Notes: generated by a model not told the origin, from the letters alone. Numbered from the stretch's first letter, positions 44,486 through 54,087 are shown. The stretch is 64,000 nt of DNA from Bdellovibrionales bacterium (GCA_965217115.1 OZ244239.1:1361430-1425429), one strand, 5' to 3'. Numbers and translations: made by a program.

Positions 44486-45769
44486 ATGATATTGAAATTA
44501 CTCATACTAATTACTTGTAGTTTAACAACAAAAGTATTTGCTGACATTACTAAGCCATGTCATTTTTCAGGATTAGAAAACATTAAGAGACCCTGGTATC
44601 CTAATAAAAATAAATCTTTTGAATTCCTCTACTCTTTTAGAGTTCTGAGAACAGCAAAAAAAGGGTTCCCTACAATTATATTTATTCCCGGAGGACCAGG
44701 ACAGACAAGTATGGATGGGCAACTAGGTATTGATAAAATTGTACCAAAAAATTGGGGACTAGTGTTAACAGACCCTCGTGGAGTTGGCTGTAATGATGTA
44801 GGTAAAGAATATCCCCCTGATTTTTTTCAGACGAATTATATTGCAGATGATATTCTTGCTCTGATTAAAAAAATAGCTATTCCTCACGATAAAATTATTC
44901 TTTATGGTCTTTCCTATGGAACAGTTGTTGCCACTAAAGTAGCTAGCCTCGCAAATAAGAGGGAACTTACTAAATTTAATGCTCTTTTCTTAGAAGGCAC
45001 ATTAGGTCGGTCCTTCAAAGGACAAGAATTTCTGGATCAATACGTTATAGAGTGGAGGGAATATTTCAATAGATTAGATGAATTAACGAAACAAATGCTA
45101 ATTAAAAACTTTCCTCTTTTATCAAGAAAATTTCGTAAAAACTGGTCTAATTTTTTATTAAGTGGTCTTATTTTTGGGGGGGCTCAAAAAAGGGAACATA
45201 CTTTGGACTACCCAATATCATTACTTTCATCGAATGAAGGTATTCTTGAGTTAGAAAAGAATTTCTTAATCACTGGCGAGAGGAATTCTTCTCAAAACAG
45301 CAATCAAATGTGGGAAAGCATATGGTGTGGAGAACTCAACAATGAGGGAAATACCTGGGAGTTGGGCTATGACATAGATTTTAATGCCCTTAGAATCTAT
45401 GAGAAAAAGGATCGCACCTTGTGTAACACAAACTATCGAGGTGAACGTTATGACTCTTCCTTTGAGTATGTACGAGAAAAGGTTTTCTACTTTCAAGGGG
45501 GGGCTGATCCTGCGACTCCTCTTTGGCAGGCAGAATACCATTTCGAAAATTTGAATGGCAGTGGAGAGAGTATTTTTTTTACTTTCCCTGAAATGGGACA
45601 TAGTCCCCTTGAAGTTTTAAAGATGTTTGAATCTACTTGTTTATCAGATTTCTTAAACTCAGTCCTCTCTGAAAAAAACACAAATCAAATATTAGAGAAA
45701 TGTGGTTTTAATGTAAGAACTAAATATAAAAAGAGGAATCCAAATGAGAGAGGTGTTGGTCCAAGTTAA
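44486..45769 (+). CDS. Secreted alpha/beta-hydrolase (prolyl-aminopeptidase-like, S33-type)
   Basis: Signal peptide, IFIPGGPGQTS, and nucleophile elbow GLSYGT. Confidence 0.65.
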   Translation: MILKLLILITCSLTTKVFADITKPCHFSGLENIKRPWYPNKNKSFEFLYSFRVLRTAKKGFPTIIFIPGGPGQTSMDGQLGIDKIVPKNWGLVLTDPRGVGCNDVGKEYPPDFFQTNYIADDILALIKKIAIPHDKIILYGLSYGTVVATKVASLANKRELTKFNALFLEGTLGRSFKGQEFLDQYVIEWREYFNRLDELTKQMLIKNFPLLSRKFRKNWSNFLLSGLIFGGAQKREHTLDYPISLLSSNEGILELEKNFLITGERNSSQNSNQMWESIWCGELNNEGNTWELGYDIDFNALRIYEKKDRTLCNTNYRGERYDSSFEYVREKVFYFQGGADPATPLWQAEYHFENLNGSGESIFFTFPEMGHSPLEVLKMFESTCLSDFLNSVLSEKNTNQILEKCGFNVRTKYKKRNPNERGVGPS

Positions 45770-45863
45770 AGGTTTAATTCGTTCTACGACTAAAGTTATA
45801 GACTGATCTTTATTAATTAGACAGTTTAATTTGCATTTCTGTCACTAAAATAATTTTGTCATA

Positions 45864-46181
45864 ATGAGTACTATGATTCGGTCATTTGTGGATTATAGAA
45901 GAACTATTAGTCATGAGTTTTTTCATGCTCAGTATTTTTTAAACCCTAAGTATCGGAGTATTGTAGATAAATATTGGGAAGGTCTTGATGCTGAGAAAAA
46001 AGAAAAATTTAAAAAAAATCTACCTCCCGTATATGACAGAGATAATGATTTTCTAATCAAGAATGGGTTTCAGGCATATCTTTTATCGGGAAACCTTCCT
46101 CAATCGATGGCAAGTTTTTTTTCGATCCATCAAATTGCTTTAGGAGTAGAGTTGCTGAAGTCTTTGCCGATTGAAAAATAG
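45864..46181 (+). CDS. Small HExxH-containing ORF (105 aa), possibly a gene fragment
   Basis: SHEFFH contains an HExxH motif. No RBS and no signal peptide. Confidence 0.3.
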   Translation: MSTMIRSFVDYRRTISHEFFHAQYFLNPKYRSIVDKYWEGLDAEKKEKFKKNLPPVYDRDNDFLIKNGFQAYLLSGNLPQSMASFFSIHQIALGVELLKSLPIEK

Positions 46182-46359
46182 CCTATTTTTGTTATAAGTT
46201 GCATATAACTTCGTCAGTGGCTTTATCTCTCAAGAATTAAAAAGCGAAAAACCAAGTAATATTGAGTAGATATACCTCTGGGCAAGGTGGCATGGACAAT
46301 GCTTTATTAAGGGGAGAGGATTCACAAAAAAACCTTGTGATAAAGACTAGGGAGTCGTT

Positions 46360-46755
46360 ATGAAAAAAAATGGAATAATCTTGATCTTGATGCTGTCATC
46401 TCTTTCAGCATCTGCAGTTACTATTCATCATGCCTGTGGTTCGGATAATCATAGTACTTATGTAACAAAGGCCCTCGAAAAATCCAGTCAGTCTTCTTTA
46501 ATGGGACTTGCTGTATGCCAGGATGTAACAACAGGAGAAGTGCCTTGCGTGGTAAAGGTTACGAAAAATGAAAATACGAAAAATGAAAAGTTGAATATTT
46601 ATGCGACTGATGCTGAAAATCATGAATCTTGTAGATACACAGCATTTCATTTGTTGAGAGACCAACAGACAGATGTAAGAGTTGACTATGTTTATACAAA
46701 CAAGAGTAGAGAGGTAGAGGCTGAGGACACGATCTATGCTACCAGTGTACGATAA
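46360..46755 (+). CDS. Small secreted protein (131 aa)
   Basis: GGGAG RBS and signal peptide MKKNGIILILMLSSLSASA. Confidence 0.55.
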   Translation: MKKNGIILILMLSSLSASAVTIHHACGSDNHSTYVTKALEKSSQSSLMGLAVCQDVTTGEVPCVVKVTKNENTKNEKLNIYATDAENHESCRYTAFHLLRDQQTDVRVDYVYTNKSREVEAEDTIYATSVR

Positions 46756-46905
46756 ACTATATTCTTGTTTTCAAAAAAAGGATGGGGGTCGGGTCAGGGA
46801 AATGGGGAGTACCGAAACATTACACAATACTCCTGTTTTCAAGTATTTTATCTCTATCTTGTATATAATCGCACTGGATTTATAATAAGGAAGAAAGGGT
46901 TTATA

Positions 46906-47322
46906 ATGATTAAAATACAACACCTATCTGTGTCGGTGAATAATCCAAGAAAAATGGCTGAAGCATTAGCTGAAGTGACAAAAGGAAAAGCTGAAAAGTT
47001 TTTATCGAAAAATATGACAGAAGCCTGGGTTTGTATTTGGGATGAAAAAACAAACCACCTTATTGAGTTTTTACCGAATGATTACTTAATGCACCCAACC
47101 GATTACGGTGCTGACTTTAAACAATTACCACAAAAACAAAATTTTAATTCAACGCATGTTCAGTTAGAAGTAGAAACTCCACTGGAAAGCATTATTTTTA
47201 TGGCAAATAAATACGGTTTTGAACACAGATTTAGACCTAATCGTGGTGGACCACTCTATGATGTTTGGTTTGAAAAGGAGTTTTTAATTGAATTTGTTTC
47301 AGATGAAATCCGAAACTTATAG
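46906..47322 (+). CDS. Hypothetical cytoplasmic protein (138 aa), possibly VOC/glyoxalase-fold
   Basis: The ATG at 46906 follows AAGGAAGAAAGGG. The IQHLSVSV start resembles a VOC beta-1 strand, which is weak evidence. The track start at 46765 is unsupported. Confidence 0.45.
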   Translation: MIKIQHLSVSVNNPRKMAEALAEVTKGKAEKFLSKNMTEAWVCIWDEKTNHLIEFLPNDYLMHPTDYGADFKQLPQKQNFNSTHVQLEVETPLESIIFMANKYGFEHRFRPNRGGPLYDVWFEKEFLIEFVSDEIRNL

Positions 47323-47465
47323 ATAGGTCATGATCATTTGTCACTAACTGCTTCACTAGAGCTTAATACAAAAAGCTCTAAAGGGCATGACAGGGGTAAA
47401 GTTTCAGTAGAGTTAAAGGCTGCCCTTAAATCACTAGGTAGATGACCAACATCTACTCAGAGAGA

Positions 47466-47541
47466 CAGTGAAAATTTAATGACAAAAAAATGGCCAATCT
47501 AAATGATTGGCCATTTCTTATTGCTAGTAATGAATAACTGG
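47466..47541. repeat. 77-bp direct repeat, copy 1 (contains a 12-bp-stem palindrome)
   Basis: cagtgaaaatttaatgacaaaaaaatggccaatctaaatgattggccatttcttattgctagtaatgaataactgg is nearly identical to 48457..48533. On the minus strand the hairpin is followed by a T-run, so it is terminator-like. Confidence 0.85.
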
Positions 47542-47712
47542 AATCGGAATTGGTGGCGGTTCTGGCTCCTTGACTGCAATTTGCAAGATTGGCAATCCCT
47601 CGAAACATAAGTCCCTTTGATCTTAAACGCCTGATAAGAGCCGAGGGTCGATTTTTCTTCCTCCCGATTTTGACACCACTTTTCTTAGCATACTTCAAAC
47701 CATTTGGTTTTT
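47542..47712 (-). pseudogene. Serine recombinase (resolvase/invertase) C-terminal relic
   Basis: GLKYAKKSGVKIGRKKNRPSALIRRLRSKGLMFRGIANLANCS resembles the end of the E-helix plus the HTH of small serine recombinases (A[KR]xxGVKxGR...). An in-frame TAA lies directly upstream and there is no catalytic domain. Confidence 0.5.
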
Positions 47713-47834
47713 ATATGGTGTCAATCTGACTTTAAATAGAGCCAATAAGCAATGAATTAGGCTCCATTACAGTTGATTGTTGGCTTCATTTTTGCTGTTT
47801 AATATTTTCAAATATTACTCTAGGGGGAGAAGTT

Positions 47835-48362
47835 ATGAAAAAGTTTTTGTGTTATTTGTTAATATTATTATCTACTGGGAGCGTTGCGTTAAGCACTGTC
47901 GTTGATGTTGAAGTCTTAAATTTAAGTCCTCCAAAATATGCTGAGTTTAAAAAACTACCATTGAGTGTCCAAAATTTAATGCTTCAAGAAGCAAAATTTC
48001 GGAAGAAGGCAAAGGAGATAAGAAGAAAAAAGGAAGAAAAAACGAAGTTTCAGATATTGTCTCTTACTTTTTCAAACAGACACGATCCTAGATGTGATGA
48101 CGATGATTCAGGTAATGATTCACGCTCTTGTGTGCCTAGATGTACTTGGAGACGTTCTGACGGGTCATGTATCTCACATGGAGCAGACTTTTGTAGCAAA
48201 AATGCGTCTTGTTCACCGAACTGTACTTGGAGAATCTCTGACGGATCATGTAACTCATATGATGAAGATTTTTGTGGTGAAGATGCTGTTTGTTCACCAA
48301 ATTGTACATGGAGAGGTTCTGACGGATCATGTAACTCATATGATTCAGATGTTTGTTTTTAG
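47835..48362 (+). CDS. Secreted protein with three tandem Cys-rich repeats (175 aa)
   Basis: GGGGGAG RBS, a signal peptide, a Lys-rich linker, then three units of C-x3-C-x8-C-x7-C (CxPxCTWRxSDGSCxSxxxDFC). Confidence 0.65.
   Translation: MKKFLCYLLILLSTGSVALSTVVDVEVLNLSPPKYAEFKKLPLSVQNLMLQEAKFRKKAKEIRRKKEEKTKFQILSLTFSNRHDPRCDDDDSGNDSRSCVPRCTWRRSDGSCISHGADFCSKNASCSPNCTWRISDGSCNSYDEDFCGEDAVCSPNCTWRGSDGSCNSYDSDVCF
48129..48359 (+). repeat. 81-nt tandem repeat (about 2.9 copies) inside the Cys-rich gene
   Basis: The units start at 48129, 48210 and 48291 (tgt tca ccn aay tgt acn tgg aga...). Confidence 0.85.
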
Positions 48363-48456
48363 ATAACTTTAAAAAAAATATAAATGAGTTCCAGTTGAAA
48401 GAGCTGGAGCTTGTCGAGTAAAACGAAGGGTTCAAGAGAGATCGCCTTTCAAATCA

Positions 48457-48533
48457 CAGTGAAAATTTAATGACAAAAAAAATGGCCAATCTAAATGATT
48501 GGCCATTTCTTATTGCTAGTAACGAATAACTGG
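48457..48533. repeat. 77-bp direct repeat, copy 2
   Basis: See copy 1. It differs by one extra A and one T/C substitution. Confidence 0.85.
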
Positions 48534-48832
48534 CTTTGTAGTGTAAAAAATTCATCAGTATTTTACGCTCAAAGGGCCTTTGTTTTAATTTGAATAAGAA
48601 AGTAACCAGATACGACAATTGTTTGTCTACGAACTTATCAAAATAAGTTAGAAACACTCTTAAAACACCAAAAGTGAGCTCATAACAAACATAAAATTAA
48701 ATAATTATAGATACTTAGAGCTATGGCTGGAACTTTGCTTTACTTACAAATGAAACAAAGTTCTTATTTTCAAAGAAAGGAGAGGCCGGAGCAAGGAAAT
48801 AGGACGATACCAGTTTATGAGGAATTATTAAA

Positions 48833-49429
48833 ATGAAAGGTTTAGTTTTATCCAGTTTACTTTTTATTCTACCCATTTTTAGCTATGGAAACTGTCCAGT
48901 CCCTAAATTACAAGATGAATTTATACTGAACGAGAGAATCATAAGCTTAACTACAACCCTTGATCTAGAAGATGATAATGGAAAATTTGGTACTATTAAA
49001 GAAAAACTCATTAGCCTAGCAAGGTCTTTCACCTATACAGGTCCTTCAAATGAGACTATTGCAACGGCCAAACAAAAGCTTTTTTCTTGGGGGGTACAGA
49101 TTGATGTTTTTGATTGTGCACGCAAGAAAATAGGCACGATTAAAGAAAATATTCTAAAATCTATGTTTAAAACTTATACAACTTACAGTATTGAAGACGC
49201 TAGCGGCGAAATAGTTGCAATATCAAAAAAGGTTAGTTGGCTCGCAACGTCCTTCTCATTAAAAACTCCTGAAGGTAAAGATATCGCTAAAATGAAACGT
49301 CCCGTGATTAACTTTTTTGGTGATAAGTGGAAAATGCAAATTGAGAACCATAAACAAGTAGACCCTCGGCTATATATTATGATTGCTGCCTACAAAACGA
49401 GTGCAGATAATCAGAGATCTTCAGATTAA
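48833..49429 (+). CDS. Secreted protein, possibly LURP-one/YxjI-like (Tubby C-terminal-like fold)
   Basis: Signal peptide plus repeated K-K-x-F/S-W...beta-hairpin pattern (AKQKLFSWGVQIDVFD, ISKKVSWLATSFSLKT). The family assignment is from memory. Confidence 0.45.
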   Translation: MKGLVLSSLLFILPIFSYGNCPVPKLQDEFILNERIISLTTTLDLEDDNGKFGTIKEKLISLARSFTYTGPSNETIATAKQKLFSWGVQIDVFDCARKKIGTIKENILKSMFKTYTTYSIEDASGEIVAISKKVSWLATSFSLKTPEGKDIAKMKRPVINFFGDKWKMQIENHKQVDPRLYIMIAAYKTSADNQRSSD

Positions 49430-49483
49430 AGTTTCCTAGATAAATAATCAGTTCTCAGCCGATAAGGCTAGGAGATGATGAAA

Positions 49484-49511
49484 AGCTCACTGTAAAGTGG
49501 GCTTTTTCTTT
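49484..49511 (+). terminator. Rho-independent terminator
   Basis: agctcact-gtaa-agtgggct (8 bp with one G-U pair) followed by ttttcttt. Confidence 0.65.
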
Positions 49512-49599
49512 GCGCCCCATGATCAGCTTATCATCAATTTACCAGGTTTTAGAACTACCGATGTTTTGGGTTTTCAAGGATTTTAGAGGTTCAATGAAA

Positions 49600-49675
49600 T
49601 GGTAGGGCCTGCCGGAGTCGAACCGACGACATCTACCTTGTAAGGGTAGCGCTCTACCAACTGAGCTAAGGCCCT
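49600..49675 (-). tRNA. tRNA-Val (anticodon UAC), CCA encoded
   Basis: The reverse complement AGGGCCTTAGCTCAGTTGGTAGAGCGCTACCCTTACAAGGTAGATGTCGTCGGTTCGACTCCGGCAGGCCCTACCA folds by hand into a cloverleaf with a 7-bp acceptor stem, D arm GCTC/GAGC, anticodon loop CTTACAA and T arm GTCGG/CCGGC. Confidence 0.93.
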
Positions 49676-49734
49676 AAAAAGAAAGGACAAGTTAACTAGA
49701 AAACAACTATTTGTCCAACACAAACCAAGAGAAT

Positions 49735-50286
49735 TTAACTCCACCAGTGGTAGAGCCAATTCCACCAAGAACAGCTTGAATCTTCCTCTTCAGATTGAGA
49801 CTCCTTGTCTTCCACTCGACTTAACAAATAATGATAGCCACAATTTTCTTCACAATCATTATTAATAAAGGGCAAAAATGTCACTCCCATGCCTTTGTGG
49901 CCTTCAAGGCCATCATAATACCGCATAACTAAGCGATAGAGTTGACCATCGTTCTCAACCATCACCGCACGCACAAGGAAGCCCTCTTCCACCCCTATGC
50001 CCGTAGCGACAACTCTGTTGGTTTTGCCATCTATTTCTTCTATTTGTAACTGTTTTAAAAGCTCTGAGGTTTCAATAACTTTCAATCGAAGAAGTATTTG
50101 AGAGCGAGATTCTCCATCGGGGATATCTACTTTCCACACAGTCTCATTAATTGACTTCCAAGGGAATGGAGCTTCTGTCCCCAGGGGCCAAGGAATTTCT
50201 CCCCCATCCGCGCAGGCGCTCAACCCTATCAAGAGACTTATTAGTAATAAGCTCAATCTTTTCAACAATAAATACCCCATTAACAT
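49735..50286 (-). CDS. Lipoprotein, unknown function (183 aa)
   Basis: LLIGLSACADGG contains the lipobox LSAC. Confidence 0.55.
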   Translation of the reverse strand: MLMGYLLLKRLSLLLISLLIGLSACADGGEIPWPLGTEAPFPWKSINETVWKVDIPDGESRSQILLRLKVIETSELLKQLQIEEIDGKTNRVVATGIGVEEGFLVRAVMVENDGQLYRLVMRYYDGLEGHKGMGVTFLPFINNDCEENCGYHYLLSRVEDKESQSEEEDSSCSWWNWLYHWWS

Positions 50287-50291
50287 CCCCT

Positions 50292-51398
50292 CTAAGCTTC
50301 AAACATAACACGAGCATTTTTATTCATGTAATACCCACTCTTTGCTCGGAAAATATATTTTGGTTTTTCAAAATCAGGCTCAACCATCTTGCGTAGCCTT
50401 TTGATGGTCACATAAATCTTATTATCATGAACTGCAGGATCGTATGTCTGCTTCCAAATTTTTTCAACGAGGCATTCCTTAGAATAAATTTGCCCTGGAT
50501 TTTTTACAAATAATCGCAGCATATCTAATAAAACAAATTGATTTTTAAAATTAACTCGTCCAAGTCTTTTTTCAACAATTGAATTTGTTCGTTCATCAAA
50601 AACTAAATCATACTGACTCTCGTTAACTGTGCCAATTTCTTTTAATGCTTTTTCTATGTTAGTCAGAGAGCTTTTTAAATTACTTGGATCGCAAGAGCGA
50701 CGTGCTAAGTCTAAGTAAGTTCGAGCCATATTCTTGTCGCCCGCTTCAAAATAGGTTAAACCCAGTGCCCATAATAAATACACATAGTGCATGAAGTTCT
50801 TATCTTCCCGCAACTGATCGTAACACTTCCAAAATATATCTAAGGCCTGGTCGTATCTCTTCATTTGACGTAAAATATGTCCATTAATCATCTGGGTCGA
50901 CATTTCAAGTTCAGGTAATTTCAGCACTTGAAAGAAGACTTGAAGGTTATACACTTCATTTAAAGCCTCATCGAATCTCCCCAAGTTGTAATAAACGATG
51001 GCGATTCCGTTAATCGCATAACAAACATCTTTCTTGCTATCTTCGCTCAAGGCTAAAGATAAAGATTTTTGTAAATAATCCAAGGCCACTTCATACTGCT
51101 GCTTAAAAGAAGCACAAAGCCCAAAGGTGTAATAGGTCTTAGGAGATAGCTGCAACCCCTCTCGAATCACTAAATCTTGAATTTTTTCTTTGATCTCGTT
51201 GATTTCATCAAATTGCTCTCTATCCGCATAGATTCGCAAGGCCTTGTTAATGCACTCTAAATAGTTTGTGAAATCCTTCTCTTTGAGATATCCCTCAGAG
51301 GCTTTGATCAGATTGCGTAGAGCAAGTGAAAAGTCTCCACGATCGCAATACAGGCGACCTAATTCAAATTGAGATTCAAAATTCTCTGAATGAGCCAA
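50292..51398 (-). CDS. TPR-repeat protein with C-terminal OmpR/PhoB-type winged-helix DNA-binding domain
   Basis: The C-terminus LVEKIWKQTYDPAVHDNKIYVTIKRLRKMVEP...IFRAKSGYYM matches the trans_reg_C pattern. The N-terminal roughly 250 aa carry TPR-like repeats. There is no receiver domain. Confidence 0.7.
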   Translation of the reverse strand: MAHSENFESQFELGRLYCDRGDFSLALRNLIKASEGYLKEKDFTNYLECINKALRIYADREQFDEINEIKEKIQDLVIREGLQLSPKTYYTFGLCASFKQQYEVALDYLQKSLSLALSEDSKKDVCYAINGIAIVYYNLGRFDEALNEVYNLQVFFQVLKLPELEMSTQMINGHILRQMKRYDQALDIFWKCYDQLREDKNFMHYVYLLWALGLTYFEAGDKNMARTYLDLARRSCDPSNLKSSLTNIEKALKEIGTVNESQYDLVFDERTNSIVEKRLGRVNFKNQFVLLDMLRLFVKNPGQIYSKECLVEKIWKQTYDPAVHDNKIYVTIKRLRKMVEPDFEKPKYIFRAKSGYYMNKNARVMFEA

Positions 51399-51585
51399 CA
51401 GAACCCTCTTCCCATAAATTTAAGTGTTTTTACTCACCAATACGGTACTATTTCTTACAAAATTTGACTTTTTGGTCAACTTCTTAATGCTTTTTTTTAG
51501 AATATAGTTAAATTTACATGGAGGCTTTTCTCAGAATCTATATAACAGTTAAGAGATTAACTATAGAGAGAAGGCCTCCTCAGGT

Positions 51586-54087
51586 CTAATGTCGAATATC
51601 CTGATCTTGCTGAGTATGCCCTGTATACCTGGCTCTCAGCCCCTCTGTTCTCTGAGACATGACCTTGAATAAATCCTTGGCGTCTTTTATCTCTAGAGCA
51701 TTTACCAAAACTTGATCCACATGGTCCACCAGAATAAATTTTAATTGTTTTCTCACTTCCTCTGGAATGTCTTTAATATCATCCTTGTTCTCCTTAGGGC
51801 AGATGACTGTTCTAATTCCTGCGCGATGGGCAGCCATGGTCTTTTCTTTCAAACCACCTATAGCCATCACTCGCCCTCGAAGTGAAACCTCTCCAGTCAT
51901 AGACACCGTTTTTTTAACTGGAAACTTCAGCATTGACGAGACAATACTCGTCACAATTCCAATACCTGCTGAAGGACCGTCTTTAGGGACGGCTCCCTCT
52001 GGTAAATGTATGTGAACATCTATATTCTCGTAAAACTCCTTGTCTAAACCAAACAAAGGCCCGCGAGAACGGACATAGCTCATCGCCGCCGCACATGACT
52101 CCTTCATCACGTCACCTAATTGACCTGTAACAGTGAATTTTCCTTTCCCTGGCACCGTTGAAACCTCAATCTGTAGGAGCTCTCCGCCCACCTCTGTCCA
52201 TGCCATGCCATTGGTTAAGCCTATCTCACTCTTGCCTTCAATCTTTCCATGCTTAAGCTTGTGTGGACCCAATAACTCGACCACCTTGGCCGCAGTGACA
52301 TTTATCGATTTTCGAGAAGGTTTCTTTTTCGACGCCTTTGCTCCCTTCTTCTTTAAAGCACTCTTGTTTTCCTCCAGAGCGTCATTCGTTACGATTTCTT
52401 TAACGATCTTACGACAAACTGTCGCCACTTGACGTTCAAGTCCTCGAACTCCAGCCTCTCTGGTGTAAAAACGAATCAACTCTTTAATTGCTCCATCAGC
52501 AACTGTCACAGTTTTTTTATCCAGACCATGTTTTTTCAATTGTTTCTGTAATAAATATTTTTTAGCTATTTGGAATTTTTCTGTCTCCGTATATCCTTCC
52601 AACGAAATTATTTCCATTCGATCAAGCAACGGCCGAGGAACGTAGTGCAACGAATTTGCTGTGGCTAAAAACATCACCTGGGATAAGTCATACTCCAGCT
52701 CTAAATAGTGATCCTGGAAATGGCAATTTTGCTCTGGATCAAGAACCTCTAACATCGCCGCAGAAGGATCTCCTCGAAAGTCATTGCTCATTTTATCAAG
52801 TTCATCGAGCAAGATCAGAGGATTGCCTCTCTCGGATTTGCGCAACGCTTGAATAATTTTTCCCGGCATAGCTCCTACATAGGTTTTTCTATGACCACGA
52901 ATTTCCGCTTCATCTCGAACTCCTCCAAGGGAAACTCGCGTGAAATCACGTCCCAGGGAACGGGCAATAGAACGGGCCAAGGAGGTTTTTCCCACCCCTG
53001 GAGGGCCCACAAGACACAAAATAGGACCATTCATGTCATTGGACATCTTCTGCACAGCTAAGTGCTCTAAAATCCTCTCTTTAACCTTATCTAGACCGAA
53101 ATGATCTTCATCCAATATATTCTCAGATGCCACAATATCCACTTTAATATTAGAGTAATCATACCAAGGAAGAGACAACATCCAATCAATGTAATTACGA
53201 ACCACTGCCGCCTCAGCACTCATAGGCGACATCATCTTGAGTTTTTTAAGTTCCTTATTAAACTTTTCTTGCGCCTCTTGACTCCATTTTTTCTTTTTCG
53301 CGCTATCTTCCAACTCCTCCAGCTCTACAGCATAGTCATCCTTATCTCCAAGCTCCTTCTGAATCGCTTGTATTTGTTCATTGAGATAATACTCTTTTTG
53401 GGATTTTTCCATCTGCTTCTTTACGCGACCGCGAATTTTTTTCTCCACTTCGAGAATTTCAATTTCGCCTGTCATTAAATTCAACAAATATTCTAAGCGA
53501 TCCATGGAATTAATAATTTCAAGAATTTTTTGTTTATCCTCTAATTTCAGGTTTAACTGAGCTACAATGATATCTGATAATTCACCTGAGTTCTCAATTG
53601 AAGACACCCTCATTAAAATCTCAGGGGGAATTCTTTTATTCAGCTTTACATAGGTTTCAAAAGTTGATTTCACTGAACGAGCCAAAGCCTGGCTCTCAAT
53701 TTCATTGATCTTCGGTTCTTCCAAAGTTTCCACTTCAACAGCAAAGAAGACATCCGTTTGAGTGAAGTGTCTAATCCTCGCCCTTCTTTTACCCTCAATT
53801 AAAACTTTTACCGTTCCATCAGGCAATCGGAGTAGTTGTATAATTGTACCAATTGTACCAACTTCATAAACATCTTCAGAGCCAGGGTTATTCGTTTTTG
53901 CATTTTTTTGGGCAGCTAAGACGATATCTGTCTGACGAGTCATTGCTTCTTCCAAAGCATTGATACTTTTTTCTCGTGCAACAAACAAAGGCATCATCAT
54001 ATGAGGAAAAATAATTAAATCCCTCAAAGGTAACAACGGCAAAGTTTCTATAGATGATCCTTCTCTTTGAGATTTTGATTCCCCCAT
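51586..54087 (-). CDS. lon: ATP-dependent Lon protease
   Basis: LON N-domain, Walker [10 protein letters not shown], and protease-domain PKDGPSAG (catalytic Ser), 833 aa. Confidence 0.97.
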   Translation of the reverse strand: MGESKSQREGSSIETLPLLPLRDLIIFPHMMMPLFVAREKSINALEEAMTRQTDIVLAAQKNAKTNNPGSEDVYEVGTIGTIIQLLRLPDGTVKVLIEGKRRARIRHFTQTDVFFAVEVETLEEPKINEIESQALARSVKSTFETYVKLNKRIPPEILMRVSSIENSGELSDIIVAQLNLKLEDKQKILEIINSMDRLEYLLNLMTGEIEILEVEKKIRGRVKKQMEKSQKEYYLNEQIQAIQKELGDKDDYAVELEELEDSAKKKKWSQEAQEKFNKELKKLKMMSPMSAEAAVVRNYIDWMLSLPWYDYSNIKVDIVASENILDEDHFGLDKVKERILEHLAVQKMSNDMNGPILCLVGPPGVGKTSLARSIARSLGRDFTRVSLGGVRDEAEIRGHRKTYVGAMPGKIIQALRKSERGNPLILLDELDKMSNDFRGDPSAAMLEVLDPEQNCHFQDHYLELEYDLSQVMFLATANSLHYVPRPLLDRMEIISLEGYTETEKFQIAKKYLLQKQLKKHGLDKKTVTVADGAIKELIRFYTREAGVRGLERQVATVCRKIVKEIVTNDALEENKSALKKKGAKASKKKPSRKSINVTAAKVVELLGPHKLKHGKIEGKSEIGLTNGMAWTEVGGELLQIEVSTVPGKGKFTVTGQLGDVMKESCAAAMSYVRSRGPLFGLDKEFYENIDVHIHLPEGAVPKDGPSAGIGIVTSIVSSMLKFPVKKTVSMTGEVSLRGRVMAIGGLKEKTMAAHRAGIRTVICPKENKDDIKDIPEEVRKQLKFILVDHVDQVLVNALEIKDAKDLFKVMSQRTEGLRARYTGHTQQDQDIRH

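Noticed and set aside
47453-47698. Track ORF of 81 aa as an intact gene
   Set aside because: Only its first roughly 45 residues resemble a serine-recombinase C-terminus, and the rest is a read-through of the 77-bp repeat and hairpin. A stop lies directly upstream and no catalytic domain is present, so I call it a relic.
48094-48435. Track ORFs 48094..48366 (+) and 48136..48435 (-) overlapping the Cys-rich gene
   Set aside because: These are alternative frames kept open by the 81-nt tandem repeat. They have no RBS or signal peptide, and the frame at 47835 has both.
48454-48657. Track ORF of 67 aa on the minus strand
   Set aside because: Its C-terminal part is again the translated 77-bp repeat. 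It has no RBS and no recognisable features.
48723-48836. 37-aa ORF ending in an ATGA overlap with the 198-aa gene
   Set aside because: It has no RBS. The region is better explained by a hairpin (gaactttg...caaagttc) plus the promoter and RBS of the downstream gene.
38909-49600. Direct repeat of the tRNA-Val 3' end (att site) marking the far end of the island
   Set aside because: I looked by eye around 38.9-39.1 kb and at the internal junctions for tggtagggcctgccggagtcgaacc-like strings and found none. This needs a computational search, so no att site is reported.
49583-49768. Track ORF overlapping the tRNA
   Set aside because: It is an antisense or overlapping read-through of tRNA-Val, and the tRNA cloverleaf explains the sequence.
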